Source of the DNA: a virus
Length of the DNA: 64,000 bases
Direction: 5' to 3' (one strand)
Virus record (IMG/VR): IMGVR_UViG_3300013306_000002
Coordinates: 1-64,000 of that record
Position 1 is the stretch's first letter. Every line of letters begins with the position of its first letter. A program made the translations under genes and the position numbers. Positions 18,488 through 29,737 of this stretch are shown piece by piece. The notes below the pieces were generated by a model that had not been told where the DNA came from, ran no database searches, and saw only the letters and a list, made by a program, of their open reading frames with translations.

Positions 18488-18786
18488 TCTCACGAAGGAG
18501 TTCGCGCACCGTGCCCAAGCCTGATGCCGACATCGAGTACCACGTGTCGCTTCGCTCGCCGATTTTCTTGAAGCTCGGCGACAAGATCGTGGGTGTCCGC
18601 TCATTCGACGCGAGGACAGAATTGTTGGTTGCAGGTGGCTGCGTCGTCTTCCAGACCGACCGGATCTGGACGCATGGCGCGACCCCGCTGCCGATTCGCG
18701 ATGGGGTGTCGCTCAAGACCTCGCTTACGATTCCGGTCGACAACATCGCGGGCATGGTTCCCCAGCCGTTCCTGGAGCGCTAGGTA

Positions 18787-19539
18787 ATGCTGGAGGCGAC
18801 CGAAGTCATCATCCTGGCCCATGGCGCCGAGCGTCGCATGGGTGGCCAGCAAGGCCCCCGCCAGCTCTTGCCGCTGCCCACGTGCGGTGGTGCGCCGATC
18901 CTATCGAGGACGCTGCGGCAACTGAGCGTGCTCTGGCCACAGGTCACCGCCACCGTGGTGGCGCCAATGGCTATCACGGACATGTTGTTCTCGCGCTGCC
19001 AGTGGCCGATCTATACCGTCTGTTTCGAGTTGCCGGCGCCCGGAAACTCGGCCCTGAAAGGCTTTGCTCGCTACCTCGAGCTCCGTGAGACTCAGGGGCG
19101 CCGATACCAGCGCACCATCGTGCTCCTGGGGGATGTGGTGTACTCCTGGGACTGCCTACAGCAGATCTGGGAGATGTCCGCGGACTACGGGTTCGTCGGC
19201 ACCCGAAACCTCTCGCTGTCGAAAGGCGACCTCTGGGGCGCTGGATGGTCAAGGCCGTACGAGGACTGGATGATGACCAAGTTGCGTGACGCCTTACTTC
19301 GGCATCCGCCGTTCGATGACGATCCCGAGCCGAGTCAACTCCGACGCTGGATCAGCGGCATGCAGCGCGGGGATCTCGCGGACCATATCGCGAAACTGCG
19401 ATGGGCGTCCCACTACGCATACGTGGACGACTACACGCACGACATCGACATCCCGCACGATCTGGTGCTCCTACCCGATCTGTCCACGCTTGCGGCCGAG
19501 GACGATGCCAAGCACGGCGTGATCTGGACCAACCCGTGA
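18787..19539 (+). CDS. Nucleotidyltransferase/NTP-transferase-like protein (GT-A fold)
   Basis: IILAHGAERRMG..PRQLLPL...PILSRTL...IVLLGDVVY. Confidence 0.65.
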   Translation: MLEATEVIILAHGAERRMGGQQGPRQLLPLPTCGGAPILSRTLRQLSVLWPQVTATVVAPMAITDMLFSRCQWPIYTVCFELPAPGNSALKGFARYLELRETQGRRYQRTIVLLGDVVYSWDCLQQIWEMSADYGFVGTRNLSLSKGDLWGAGWSRPYEDWMMTKLRDALLRHPPFDDDPEPSQLRRWISGMQRGDLADHIAKLRWASHYAYVDDYTHDIDIPHDLVLLPDLSTLAAEDDAKHGVIWTNP

Positions 19540-19866
19540 CTTGGCAGATCTGGGCCGCCATCATCGGCTGTTTCATCGTCATCTGGGGCTGGCGGGATGC
19601 CAGTGGAAAGTCACCGTGAAGATCACGCAGCGCATCGACCGGGTTCTGTGGCCGTACTTGCGGAGCGGCCGGGTCTGCGCGACCCTGATGGTCGCCTATT
19701 TTCTAGGCAACGGCGTCATGGCGCTGCTCATGAAGCCGCTGTGGCTCGTGACGGTCTGCGACGTAGTAGCGCTGGCATTCGCCATGACATCCGTCGGGTC
19801 ACGTCACAGGTACGTGCTATGGCGAGATTCACTCACTCGCGCGAGCCAGCGCAGGAGGATGTCGCA

Positions 19867-20313
19867 ATGATCAACATCGTCACGGATCTGCTCGGCAAGC
19901 GAGTCACCGTCAGCATGTGGATGACCAAGGGCTCCGCGCGGGATGCCGATGGCGACATGGTCCGCCTCATCACTGGGATCGTTCGCGCGATCGGGTCGGG
20001 CCCCGACTGCTTCATGATCCTGGTGCAGACCGAGATCGCCCACAAGGGGACCCGCAAGGTCGGCGCGCTCACCATGTTCTCCATCGGCCCCAGGGGCGGA
20101 GTGGAGGTGGTGCCAGAGATCGAGCCCCCTGGAATGCTTCAGTACCGCGGATTGGGGGCTCGCCTGCGCAAGATCAGGGCGGGCAAGGCCACCGGAGACG
20201 AGGAGCAAGTCGTCCTGGATGCGATGGAGCAGCTCTGGTGGACACTATCCCAGGACGAGCGGGATGCGCTCGACAAGGAGGAGCCGACCTCCGATCCGCC
20301 CGGGGGCCCATGA
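19867..20313 (+). CDS. Hypothetical protein
   Basis: AGGAGG SD; coupled to the methyltransferase gene. Confidence 0.5.
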   Translation: MINIVTDLLGKRVTVSMWMTKGSARDADGDMVRLITGIVRAIGSGPDCFMILVQTEIAHKGTRKVGALTMFSIGPRGGVEVVPEIEPPGMLQYRGLGARLRKIRAGKATGDEEQVVLDAMEQLWWTLSQDERDALDKEEPTSDPPGGP

Positions 20314-21302
20314 CGATCTGCCGCCCCATGATCGATCCTACGATCTCCGCGCACTACACGGGCGATGTCCGCGCGCTACTCAAGCGACTCCCCGACCGCT
20401 GCGTACAGACCTGCGTGACCTCGCCGCCCTACTGGGGACTTCGCTCGTACCTCGATGACGACGATCCGATGAAGGAGTTCGAGATCGGACTTGAGGGCAC
20501 CCCGGAGGAATACGTGGCGGTCATGGTGGAGGTGTTCGAGAAAGTGCGCAGGGTGCTACGGGATGACGGGGCGCTGTGGCTCAACATGGGGGACTGCTAC
20601 GTCACGAACCCTCGCGGACCGGGAGGCGCCGAGCAGTCGACTCTCGAGGGGACCAGCAACGCCAAGCGGAGAGCGAAGGGGTCGGTGGACCCAAAGAACC
20701 TGCGCAAGTATGGTCACCAGGGCGCCCTCAAGCACAAGGACCTCGTCGGCATCCCCTGGATGGCCGCGTTCGCGCTGCGCGCCGATGGCTGGTACCTCCG
20801 CAGCGAGGTCATCTGGCACAAGCCGTCACCGATGCCCGAGTCGGTCACGGACCGGCCGACGAAGGCGCACGAGCAGATCTTCCTGCTGAGCAAGAGCGCG
20901 TCGTACTTCTACGACGCGGACGCGATCGCGGAGCCTGCCGTACGCGGTGCAGCCGGATCGCGCTTCGATACCGGGAAGACCGCCGAACATCAACTCCGGC
21001 GCTCGTCATCGCGTGAGCGAGATGAGGTTGACATCCGCAACAAGCGCTCGGTCTGGACCGTCGCATCGCAGCCCTACGCCGGCGCCCACTTCGCCACCTT
21101 CCCGCCCGATCTGATCGAGCCCTGCATCCTGGCCTGCTCTCGCCCCGGTGACCTCGTGCTGGATCCGTTCTTCGGGTCGGGCACCACGGGTCAGGTCGCA
21201 GAGAAGCACGAGCGGCTGTGGATCGGCTTCGACATCAACCCCAAGTACGCTGAGCTCGCCAAGGAACGAACGGCACAACGCAGCTTGCCACTATCAAGAT
21301 AG
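20310..21302 (+). CDS. DNA methyltransferase, N4-cytosine/N6-adenine family (beta class)
   Basis: Catalytic TSPPYW, HFATFP and SAM-binding VLDPFFGSGTT. Confidence 0.9.
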   Translation: MTICRPMIDPTISAHYTGDVRALLKRLPDRCVQTCVTSPPYWGLRSYLDDDDPMKEFEIGLEGTPEEYVAVMVEVFEKVRRVLRDDGALWLNMGDCYVTNPRGPGGAEQSTLEGTSNAKRRAKGSVDPKNLRKYGHQGALKHKDLVGIPWMAAFALRADGWYLRSEVIWHKPSPMPESVTDRPTKAHEQIFLLSKSASYFYDADAIAEPAVRGAAGSRFDTGKTAEHQLRRSSSRERDEVDIRNKRSVWTVASQPYAGAHFATFPPDLIEPCILACSRPGDLVLDPFFGSGTTGQVAEKHERLWIGFDINPKYAELAKERTAQRSLPLSR

Positions 21303-21315
21303 AAGGGAACTCTTC

Positions 21316-21783
21316 ATGAGAATTCTCGCGCTCGCACTCTGCATCGCCGCCTGCGTCAACGACGCTGCCACCGGAACATCCCGAGATCCGCTGTTGTTCG
21401 CCTCGGGGCCCAAGGCCTTCGAGGTGCTGGCCATGGCGCCGACGCTGCGCGGAATGGACCATCGCGCGATCGACTGCGGCGCGCCGGTCTCGGAGGCGGG
21501 GATTCTGACGTGCTCGCTGCTGGTGGCGTGCGCCCTGCCGATCGATGTCTCCCTGGTGTCCGGCGGCATCGAATTCCCGGGTGACGCCGAACTCTTCACG
21601 AAGTGCCTGATGACAGTGTCCGCCGCGGAGATCTACGTGGCGTGGCTCATGGGACGACAACTCAGTCCGCGCGACCTCGCCCCGGCGTATAACAAGCTCA
21701 AGGGTCTGTTCTCTACGCGGATCGAGAAAGAGACCGCCAAAAGGGCGTACCTGCCGGCGCCTTCGTGGACGTCGCACGGGTGA
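21316..21783 (+). CDS. Putative lipoprotein
   Basis: MRILALALCIAAC lipobox-like signal. Confidence 0.4.
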   Translation: MRILALALCIAACVNDAATGTSRDPLLFASGPKAFEVLAMAPTLRGMDHRAIDCGAPVSEAGILTCSLLVACALPIDVSLVSGGIEFPGDAELFTKCLMTVSAAEIYVAWLMGRQLSPRDLAPAYNKLKGLFSTRIEKETAKRAYLPAPSWTSHG

Positions 21784-21791
21784 GTGGACTC

Positions 21792-22641
21792 ATGGCCACG
21801 CGCAAGATCGAACAGGCGATGCTCCTGCCGCTCGGCGAGGATGCGAGCCTCCTGGACCACGTCAAGGATCTCCGTCCGCTCACCGATCTCGTCCTGCCGG
21901 ATGAGCCCCGCGGCGCGCTGGATCGCATCCTGGCCGAGAATTACCGGGCTGCAGATCTGCAGGCGCGCGGCCTTCGCCCGGCCAACCGCCTCCTGTTCCG
22001 GGGGCCGCCCGGATGCGGCAAGACCGTGGCGGCCGGTGGCCTAGCGCTGGCGCTGGGTATTCCGCTGGTTGTTGTTCGGCTCGATGGCCTCATCGACCAG
22101 TACCTAGGGAACACCTCCAAGAACCTCCGCAAGGTGATCGACTTCGCCCACGCTCAGCGCGTGGTCCTGTTCCTGGATGAGGTGGACGCGATCGGGCGCG
22201 CGAGAAACGGCCGGCTTAATGACGTCGCGGAGATGAACCGCATCACGAACTCGCTTTTGGTCATGCTCGAGGGGTTCGCGGTCCAGGCTCGCCCCTCCCC
22301 TTCCCTGCTGGTCGCCGCAACCAACCACCAGGACATGCTCGACGTGGCCATGGAGCGCCGGTTTGACCAGATCGTTCCCGAGGCCCACCGCCATCCAGGC
22401 AGCGGCGCTTCTGAAGCGGCTGGTAGAGCGCTACGACACCAGAACGATTACCAAGCTGTCGCCGCCACCGTGGAAGGCATGGCCCAAACGACTGGCCGGG
22501 ATGTCATTCGCGGACGTTGAGCGGCTGGCGCTTGACGCTGTCAAGTCGACCGCGATGGACGAGGCGCTAGGCATCGAACAGGCGCTGATTTCGGCGAAGA
22601 CTACGCATAAGCGACGAGGGTCGCCGCGGGGACGGAGATGA
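21792..22641 (+). pseudogene. AAA+ ATPase with a frameshift near 22372
   Basis: Walker A GPPGCGKT, Walker B LFLDEVD, AATN and RRFD; the lid (FPRP...GMSFADVE) continues in the 22363..22641 frame. Confidence 0.75.
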
Positions 22642-22949
22642 CGGGAATCGCCTGTCCCGTGTGCTCCGGGGATACCTACGTCCTTGAAACGAGGACCTGC
22701 GACGGACAGGTCCGGCGGCGTCGCGGTTGTGTCAACCGCCAGGGGTGCACCGGCCGGGTGACCACGGTGGAGATGGCGGTTCCCACATCGCGTCGAGGTC
22801 TCAAACTGCTGTCCGACATGGTCATCGCCCCAAAGCTACTCTTCGCGAAACTGCTGGAGTTGCAGTCCATGATCGCCGAGGTCCGCGGATGCATCTCCTT
22901 GGACCCAGCCATAGACGAAACGGCTCCAGAGACCGAGGCGCCACAATGA
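22638..22949 (+). CDS. NrdR-like Zn-ribbon protein
   Basis: CPVC..DTYVLETR...RRRRGC...C.GRVTTVE. Confidence 0.65.
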   Translation: MTGIACPVCSGDTYVLETRTCDGQVRRRRGCVNRQGCTGRVTTVEMAVPTSRRGLKLLSDMVIAPKLLFAKLLELQSMIAEVRGCISLDPAIDETAPETEAPQ

Positions 22950-24187
22950 GCGCGCGCATCATCACGCTCCCGGCCGAGGCTGCCAAGATACTGATCGACA
23001 GCGGGCTGATGATCGTCGCCTCCGTGTCCGGCGGGAAGGACTCCACCGCGCTGATCCTGGCGCTCTTGGAGGCCGTCGAGCGAGGCGAGATTCCACGCCA
23101 CATGCTGCGGTTCGCGTTCGCCGACACCGGATGGGAGGCGCCCGAGACCTACGCTTACCTGGACTACCTCCGCGAGAAGCTCGGCATCGAGATCGTGGTG
23201 GTGGGCGTGGAGGGCGGCATGCGCGCTCGCATCGCGCATCGTGCCGGATTCCCCGGCCGGATGCAGCGCTGGTGCACGCGCGAGCTCAAGATTGAGCCGC
23301 TGCGTGCCTACCATGACAGGTTGATCGAAGAGACCGGAATGGAGACGGTGAGTGCCATGGGCATCCGGGCCGCCGAGAGCGAGTCCAGGGCCAAGATGGC
23401 GGAGTGGGAGGACGAGCCCGAAGGTCAGCGCTCGTGGGGCGGCTACGTGTGGCGCCCTCTGCTGCAATGGACCATCGAGGACGTGCTCACCATTCACAAC
23501 CGCCACGGCGTGAAGGTCAACCCGCTCTACCAGCGGGGCCACAACCGCGTCGGGTGCTACCCGTGCATCTTCGCCAGCAAGGAGGAGATCGCGCTCATCG
23601 CCGAGCATGCTCCCGACCGCATTGATGAGATCCGCCGACTCGAGGCGGACATGACAGCACTTCGAGCACAGCGAAACGAGGAGCGACCGGGGCGCTATAC
23701 GCACGAAGCATCGTTCTTTCAAACCCAGCGCCAGGGGTTCACCGGAATCGATGCGGTGGTGAAGTGGGCACGCACTGACCATGGTGGCAAGCAGTACGCG
23801 CTGTTCGCGCTACCCCCGCAGGGCGGATGCATGCGGTGGGGGATCTGCGACATGCCGGATGCCGAGGTAAGTCAGGAGCACCGAGACTGGGCTCAGGCCG
23901 CCGAGATCGTCATGGCGGAGCGCCCGGATCCGCTGGCGGTGAACCGGGCGGTCAGCGAGAACCCCGTCGAGGTCGCCCAGGCGTCCGAGGCGATCCGCGA
24001 GAAGCGCCGCGGCGAGCTCGATGACGAAGCAGATCCGGGGCGACCATTCGTATGCGCCGTCTGTGGCTGGGAACAAGATTCCGATGTGCGGTGCTGTGGT
24101 CGGAGTACGTGTGGCTCGCCGCGCGTGGTCGCGATCTCGTTCGTCGAAAAAATATTTGGCCCTAACTGGCGAAGGAACTTCGAGTGA
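22946..24187 (+). CDS. PAPS-reductase-family protein (phage DNA-modification associated)
   Basis: PP-loop SVSGGKDS, FADTGWE, RWCTRELK, GIRAAES..R, RVGCYPC. Confidence 0.85.
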   Translation: MSARIITLPAEAAKILIDSGLMIVASVSGGKDSTALILALLEAVERGEIPRHMLRFAFADTGWEAPETYAYLDYLREKLGIEIVVVGVEGGMRARIAHRAGFPGRMQRWCTRELKIEPLRAYHDRLIEETGMETVSAMGIRAAESESRAKMAEWEDEPEGQRSWGGYVWRPLLQWTIEDVLTIHNRHGVKVNPLYQRGHNRVGCYPCIFASKEEIALIAEHAPDRIDEIRRLEADMTALRAQRNEERPGRYTHEASFFQTQRQGFTGIDAVVKWARTDHGGKQYALFALPPQGGCMRWGICDMPDAEVSQEHRDWAQAAEIVMAERPDPLAVNRAVSENPVEVAQASEAIREKRRGELDDEADPGRPFVCAVCGWEQDSDVRCCGRSTCGSPRVVAISFVEKIFGPNWRRNFE

Positions 24188-24750
24188 TGCGCTGGCGCGA
24201 GTCATGGCGAGCGGACCCCGCCGGGCGCCGTATCGCCGACAACCACTACAACCGCCAGAAGGTGGGCGCCAACCAGTTCGTGCCGCCCGGCCGGTGCGTG
24301 GTGCTGGTCATCCACGACCACCAGGTGGACGCCGCAGCGCTGTGGGTGACCTCGTGGCCGTTCGGCGAGTACGTGAAGCACGCATGGCCCGGTACCTGGG
24401 TGTGCTCAGCGTTCCGCAACCAGCGGCGTGACCTCTTCCTGTCCTCGGACCTGATCGTCGAGGCGCTGGCAGCGACGAGGTTCTACTGGGAGCCGCCGCC
24501 TGAGGGCATCATCACGTTCATCGACCCGTCCAAGACCAAGCACAAGCGGGATCCCGGGCGCTGCTTCCTGAAGGCGGGATTCCACGTGTCCGGGAAGGCC
24601 CCTGCCGGGGGCACCATGCGCCCTGTGTGCATCTGCGATGGTAAGCCCCCCCGGACGGCGGGCGGCCTCGTAGCGCTCCACATGGCCACGTCGAGGTTGC
24701 CAGCGGAATGCTCACCGCTGGGGGCGCAGGCGAGCCTGGGGCTTGGCTGA
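24184..24750 (+). CDS. Mom-like GNAT-fold DNA modification protein
   Basis: ADNHYNRQ..G..QFVPPG, WVCSAFRN, IITFID...PGRCFLKAGF. Confidence 0.6.
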   Translation: MMRWRESWRADPAGRRIADNHYNRQKVGANQFVPPGRCVVLVIHDHQVDAAALWVTSWPFGEYVKHAWPGTWVCSAFRNQRRDLFLSSDLIVEALAATRFYWEPPPEGIITFIDPSKTKHKRDPGRCFLKAGFHVSGKAPAGGTMRPVCICDGKPPRTAGGLVALHMATSRLPAECSPLGAQASLGLG

Positions 24751-25404
24751 ATCGAACAAGGAGATCGCGATGCAAACGACCGACGGCATTGTTCACATCC
24801 ATCATGAGGCGGACTGGTCATCCACGGCGCTGGTGTCATGGCAACCGCCGGGAGTTGACCCAAGAGAAGTCTCCGTGGAGGCAGAGTTGCTGTGGGGCGA
24901 CAACCACGGCCTGAGCCCAGATCTTCGGCTCCCTGCGCCTGTTCATGTCAGGGCAGTTCGACTGGCGACTCGAGGTCGCGCGCAGTGGGAGCACGATCAG
25001 GTGCTGTCGCGTCCCGTTCCCGGGCGGGTGATGGTTCCGTGGTCCGCGCGCGACACGGAGAAGCGGCACGACCCGACCGATGCATGGCTGTTCGATATCG
25101 CCCTCGCGAATGACAGTTCCGGTCCCAGGGCGCCACGCCGGCGGATCCCCGTGGGGTGGGTGGAGAACGTCGCGATCGCGATGTTCAACAACGGCCTCAC
25201 CTCCAAGCCGTCCTCGGTCCTCGTCGACATCGGAGCGCCTCGCCGTGACCCCTGCACCTGCGGGAAGGCGTTCCATGACGGCGGGTGTCCGCAGGACGAG
25301 GTCTTCCCCAGGATCGGGCGACTCGCCATCAACCTGCAGCGAATCGACAGGTTCATCGAGACGATGCAGGCGGCGAAGACTTCGACGGAACGGATCTTCG
25401 TCCC

Positions 25405-25920
25405 ATGACCGAGGCCGACCTCCCCGGGAGGACGCCAGGCGCCCAGCGCCTGATCCGCGAGAACGGGCACATGATCGAGATCACCACGACTGCCGAGACG
25501 GGCTTCCACTCGGGGCGCGCTCGATACCGCCTGGAGTGTATCGACTGCGGGACCGTCTACAGCGCTGCCGTTATCCACGAGGCGACCACCGGCCCGGTCG
25601 AGCTCGTCAACCAGCACATCCAGAGCCGGCCGCGCATCTGGGTCGATGGGCTCGACTGGAACAACACCGGACGCTGGGCCGTGGTCATGCTGATCGCCGG
25701 TTCCTCAGGGGAGGGGTGGACCGTCCACGCGTCCATCGGCGTGTCGCGGTGGGAATCTCAGGAGTACGCGACCGCGTACGCTGAGCGACGGCGCAAGGCT
25801 GGACTGGTTGCCACTGCGGTCCTCGATTGGGGCGACGATCTGAAGCAAGAGCACCTGTTCACCAACGCACGCGTGCGCGCCGCGCTGGAGGCCCAGGGCG
25901 TCTCGTTCCGGGGGTCGTGA
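25405..25920 (+). CDS. Hypothetical protein
   Basis: ATGA overlap; CIDC motif. Confidence 0.45.
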   Translation: MTEADLPGRTPGAQRLIRENGHMIEITTTAETGFHSGRARYRLECIDCGTVYSAAVIHEATTGPVELVNQHIQSRPRIWVDGLDWNNTGRWAVVMLIAGSSGEGWTVHASIGVSRWESQEYATAYAERRRKAGLVATAVLDWGDDLKQEHLFTNARVRAALEAQGVSFRGS

Positions 25921-26164
25921 TGCGAGAGTTCCTGCAGCAGCTCGCGGCTCGCCACGGCCTCAGCGCCGCTGCGCTGTTCGAGGCGTGGGCGGAGCGGGCG
26001 GCAATCCGCCAGCACCTCGCGGGATTCGGCCTGCGCGCGGCTGAACTGTTCGCGATCGGCGACGTCGAGCAGATGTACAAGATCGGCCTGCATTGTCCGG
26101 AGTCCCTGCAGCGGTGGGTGAAGGGCGGCGATCGCGTCCGCCCATCCAAGGCGGCGACCGAGTG

Positions 26165-26587
26165 ATGGCGGAGTTGATCGCCTACGCCGTGCGCACGGGG
26201 ACCAAGCGGAACCTTGCTGGGCTCCGCGAGCTCGGGTGGCGACTGCTCGTTTCGGCGGCCGGGGTGCAGAGTACCGAGGGCTTCGAGGACCTGGGCATCG
26301 CGCTCGACAACGGCGCGTGGTCAGCGCGCGGCACCGGCGAGTACCCGGACCGCCTGAAGCGGTTGTTCATCCGACTGGTGGTGACGCTCGGCTCGATCGC
26401 CGACTGGGCGGTCCCGCCTGACATCGTCGCTGGCGGCACGGCGTCCCTCAACCTGTCGCTGCACTGGTTACCCTGGGTGCTCAAGCACTGCCGCCGCGCG
26501 CTGCTGGCCGTGCAAGACGGGATGGTCGTTGACCAGGTCCGCCCGCACCTGGGTCCTGATGTCGGGGTGTTCGTGGGGGGAACCTGA
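26165..26587 (+). pseudogene. TGT/DpdA-like (deazaguanine transglycosylase-like) protein, apparently C-terminally truncated
   Basis: ALDNGAWS, PDIVAGG..SL, LLAVQDG, VFVGGT then stop; short for a TIM barrel. Confidence 0.5.
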
Positions 26588-26858
26588 TCCCCATGACCGC
26601 TATCACGCGATGCGGGAAGTGCCTTCGGCGTGGCGAACACACATGGTGGTGTCCCGAGACTGAGATCGAAGTGGCGTGGGCGACGCTGGTGCGGATGGGA
26701 TTCGCCACACCCGAGAGGGCGTTTCGCACTGGTTACGCCTTGGGCCTGCTGCACACTCGACTTGACCCAGCACCAGCGGCGGTCGGCCACGCACTGCTTG
26801 AACTGTCCCCGGCGGATTTAGTCAGGGTGCAGGCGTTTGCATCAGGGCCCTTCCTGGA

Positions 26859-26884
26859 TGATACTAAATAGTAATTTAGTATCA
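26859..26884. promoter_or_regulatory. AT-rich perfect inverted repeat (operator or recombinase core site)
   Basis: TGATACTAAAT-agta-ATTTAGTATCA in an otherwise GC-rich genome. Confidence 0.55.
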
Positions 26885-26923
26885 CGATTCCACCATAACC
26901 ACGTGATTTCAAGGAGTTAGAGC

Positions 26924-27319
26924 ATGTCCAAGGGGTTCGCGATCGAGTTCTCCGCCGTGACGTTCTTTTCCGAGGACGGCGACGAGCACAACACCATCCA
27001 CCGCTTCCGCGTGCTGGTGAAGGACGAGGCGATCACGGCCTACGTCGCCTACGCCGGACCCTTCGGCGAGGGATGGGCGCGGATCGTCGATGACGAGGCC
27101 AGGGCGACCCGCGCGGATCTGCGTTCCTGCTCATGGACGGCGCCGTGCCACGAGAACCGGGTCATCGCGCTGGCGTTCGATGGCTACCACGAGTATTGGG
27201 CGGCACGGCTCCGGGCGCGGGTCGCGCCCTGCTCGATGATCCCACCGCCCTCCGATTGGAGCACGGAAGACAAGGGGCTCACGATCATCGACATCGGCAC
27301 CATCAAGAGGGAGGCGTAG
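26924..27319 (+). CDS. Hypothetical protein
   Basis: AAGGAG SD downstream of the palindrome. Confidence 0.55.
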   Translation: MSKGFAIEFSAVTFFSEDGDEHNTIHRFRVLVKDEAITAYVAYAGPFGEGWARIVDDEARATRADLRSCSWTAPCHENRVIALAFDGYHEYWAARLRARVAPCSMIPPPSDWSTEDKGLTIIDIGTIKREA

Positions 27320-28220
27320 GCCATGGACCTTGCGGACTGCGAGGCCTTGCGCCAGATGGTCTTCGCTGGCGACCGCGCGCTGTTCGACGGCCGGCCGCCC
27401 CGGACGCGCTCGTGCTCCACGTGTCACATTGGGGCCGTGCCCGATCCGTACTGCTTGGCGCCCCTGGACGCCGCCGTGAAGGGTGCGCCGGTGACCTCGG
27501 TCATGGCGATCACCGTCGGCTCCGCGGACATCTTCGAGACGACACGCGAGGCGCGCGAGATTGCCGACGCTCAAGCTGAGCAACGTCGCGCTACACCACC
27601 TCGGCCTGACCATCTTCGGCAACCCCAAGCATACGATGGCCCGCGGCAAGCACCGCATCCCGGCCGACCAGCAACCCATTCCCTGGATCTGAAAGGTGCA
27701 CATCATGAGGAAGGCCATCAGGGCTCTCGGAATACTCGCGTGGATCGCTGTTTCCTCCCTGGCTACGGCGCTCATCCAGTCCTGGATGATGCAGTGCCTG
27801 TGGCGGTGGTTTCTCGCCCGCGAGTACGGGCATGGGCCCTCAATGGGAGCATGGTTCGGAGTCGCCACGATCACTGGCTTCGTGGTCCACAAGAGCACCA
27901 GGAACGGGACTAAGACCGAGGACGACAAGTCCATCGACGAACTCGTTTGGGACGGGGTCCGCGAGACAGTCGGCCTGTGGATAGGTTGCGTGATCATCCT
28001 GGGTATCGCATGGTGCGTCGGCGCGTTTATGGGGTGGGGCCCGTGACGCGCCTCCTGCTCGCCTCCATTTTGGCCGCGCTCCTGTGGTGCTGCGCCGAAC
28101 TGCGCCACTTGAAGCAGCAGCGCCAGAGGCCCGCGACCTCGAACCCCTGGCCGACCACCATCCACTACTACGTGCCGGACGGCACCTGCATCAACGTGCG
28201 GAACCCTGACGGAGGACGAG

Positions 28221-28841
28221 ATGACCGATAAATCACTTTTCGACCGAGTGCATGCCGCCGCGCTGGCGGAGCTCTGCGGCTACGCTGGCGTTGTCGAGGC
28301 GTCGCTCCGCGAGGGATCTCCGATCTTCAAGCACGCCATACGCATTGCCAGCGCGGCATCGGTGAAACCGGTGGAACCGGGCCACCCGACGGACGCGGAG
28401 ACCATCGTGCGCGCAATCGATCGGATGGGCGACAAGATCGTCGCCTATTACATGAGGAACCTCGACCTCATGGAGCGGATGTACGCGCGCCAGTTGAGCG
28501 GCGGCCCCACGCTCGAGTTGGCCGAGCAAGACGAACACAGCATCACCTACCATGTAGGAGGCATCGTCCGCGACGAGGGCGAGAACGCAGGCGTTCTGGC
28601 GGTGACCGCCAACACCGACCCCAGCCCAAACTTCCCCGAGTCGGTCCGCATCGTCATCGGCGCACCCAAGAGGAGTCCACTGATGGCAGGCCGCATCCCG
28701 AAGATCGACACATTCGCCATGAGCGTGGAGACGGCCGAGCAGTGGGTTGCCACCGTCCAGCAGGCGATCCGGGACGTGAGGGCGGCGAAGACCATCCAAC
28801 CGCCGAAGGGAGGGCACCATGCCGACCCGCAAGATCGCTGA
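28221..28841 (+). CDS. Hypothetical protein
   Basis: GGAGG SD; coding-like ORF. Confidence 0.5.
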   Translation: MTDKSLFDRVHAAALAELCGYAGVVEASLREGSPIFKHAIRIASAASVKPVEPGHPTDAETIVRAIDRMGDKIVAYYMRNLDLMERMYARQLSGGPTLELAEQDEHSITYHVGGIVRDEGENAGVLAVTANTDPSPNFPESVRIVIGAPKRSPLMAGRIPKIDTFAMSVETAEQWVATVQQAIRDVRAAKTIQPPKGGHHADPQDR

Positions 28842-29052
28842 CCACCTATCCCCGCCCACCACCACGCGAGGTCGCAAGCCAGATCCGAACTCGGCATCCG
28901 CGAAGGCGGCGCGGTGGGCTGAAGCCAACAACGCCAGTTACAAGGAGGCCGGCGAGAAGTTCAACATCACCGCTCAGGCCGTCCAAATCGCATGGAGCAA
29001 ACAACACCCCGGGCAGCGCCGCTGGGGGCGCTGTGGCAAGAGGGCCTCGTGA
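28819..29052 (+). CDS. Small HTH protein
   Basis: ASYKEAGEKFNITAQAVQIAW helix-turn-helix pattern. Confidence 0.55.
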   Translation: MPTRKIADHLSPPTTTRGRKPDPNSASAKAARWAEANNASYKEAGEKFNITAQAVQIAWSKQHPGQRRWGRCGKRAS

Positions 29053-29737
29053 ACCGCCGCTACGGGGCCAGCAACCCGTCGAGGAAGCGGTGAGGCTGGG
29101 AGGCCTCGTTCACCCTCACTGAGGGCCCACACGCTGGGCAGCCTCACGTCGTCGTCCACGAGGCGGTGCGCGGCCCGTGGTCCGAGATCCAGCGACGGTT
29201 CATATACCGCATCCAACTCTGCTACTGCGGCTCGGGGCGCTGGTACGTGCCCACGTGGCATGACGTGGGCATCGTGTCCGACCAAGTCCCCGACAGCCTG
29301 CGTCTCCAGAGAGCCCGCTTCCTGTTGTCGGAGGTGACCGCTGATCCGGACGGATGGAAGCGCATCACCGTTGGGCGCGACGGCCAGTGTCGCCAAGTGA
29401 TCGTGGGCCATATCAGTCAGGACGAGGCGCAACCAACAAAGGAGAAAGTCTGATGCTGTCCACTCGACCACCACGTTCTGTGAAGCCCAACACCCGCTGG
29501 CGTAGCGCTCGCCGGCGCAGCCACGAGAAATCGGCCCGCCGGATCCGGCGCGAGCACGCCGACTACCTGAAGGTCATGGCGGACCTCGCCACGGCCACCG
29601 CTGATGACCGCGAGGCGATCGGGCTTCCGTCGCCGACGATCGTGCCGGATTCCCATTACGGGACAGGAACTGGACCGCGCGCCCAACAGGCGAAGCGCGA
29701 CAAGTGATACCTTCTTCGCGATTGAAAGGAGTTTGAT

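Noticed and set aside
21792-22641. AAA ATPase as the genome-packaging motor
   Set aside because: Its motifs are those of classical AAA+ proteins (AATN, SRH arginines), not FtsK/A32 or terminase; it is also frameshifted and far from the virion genes
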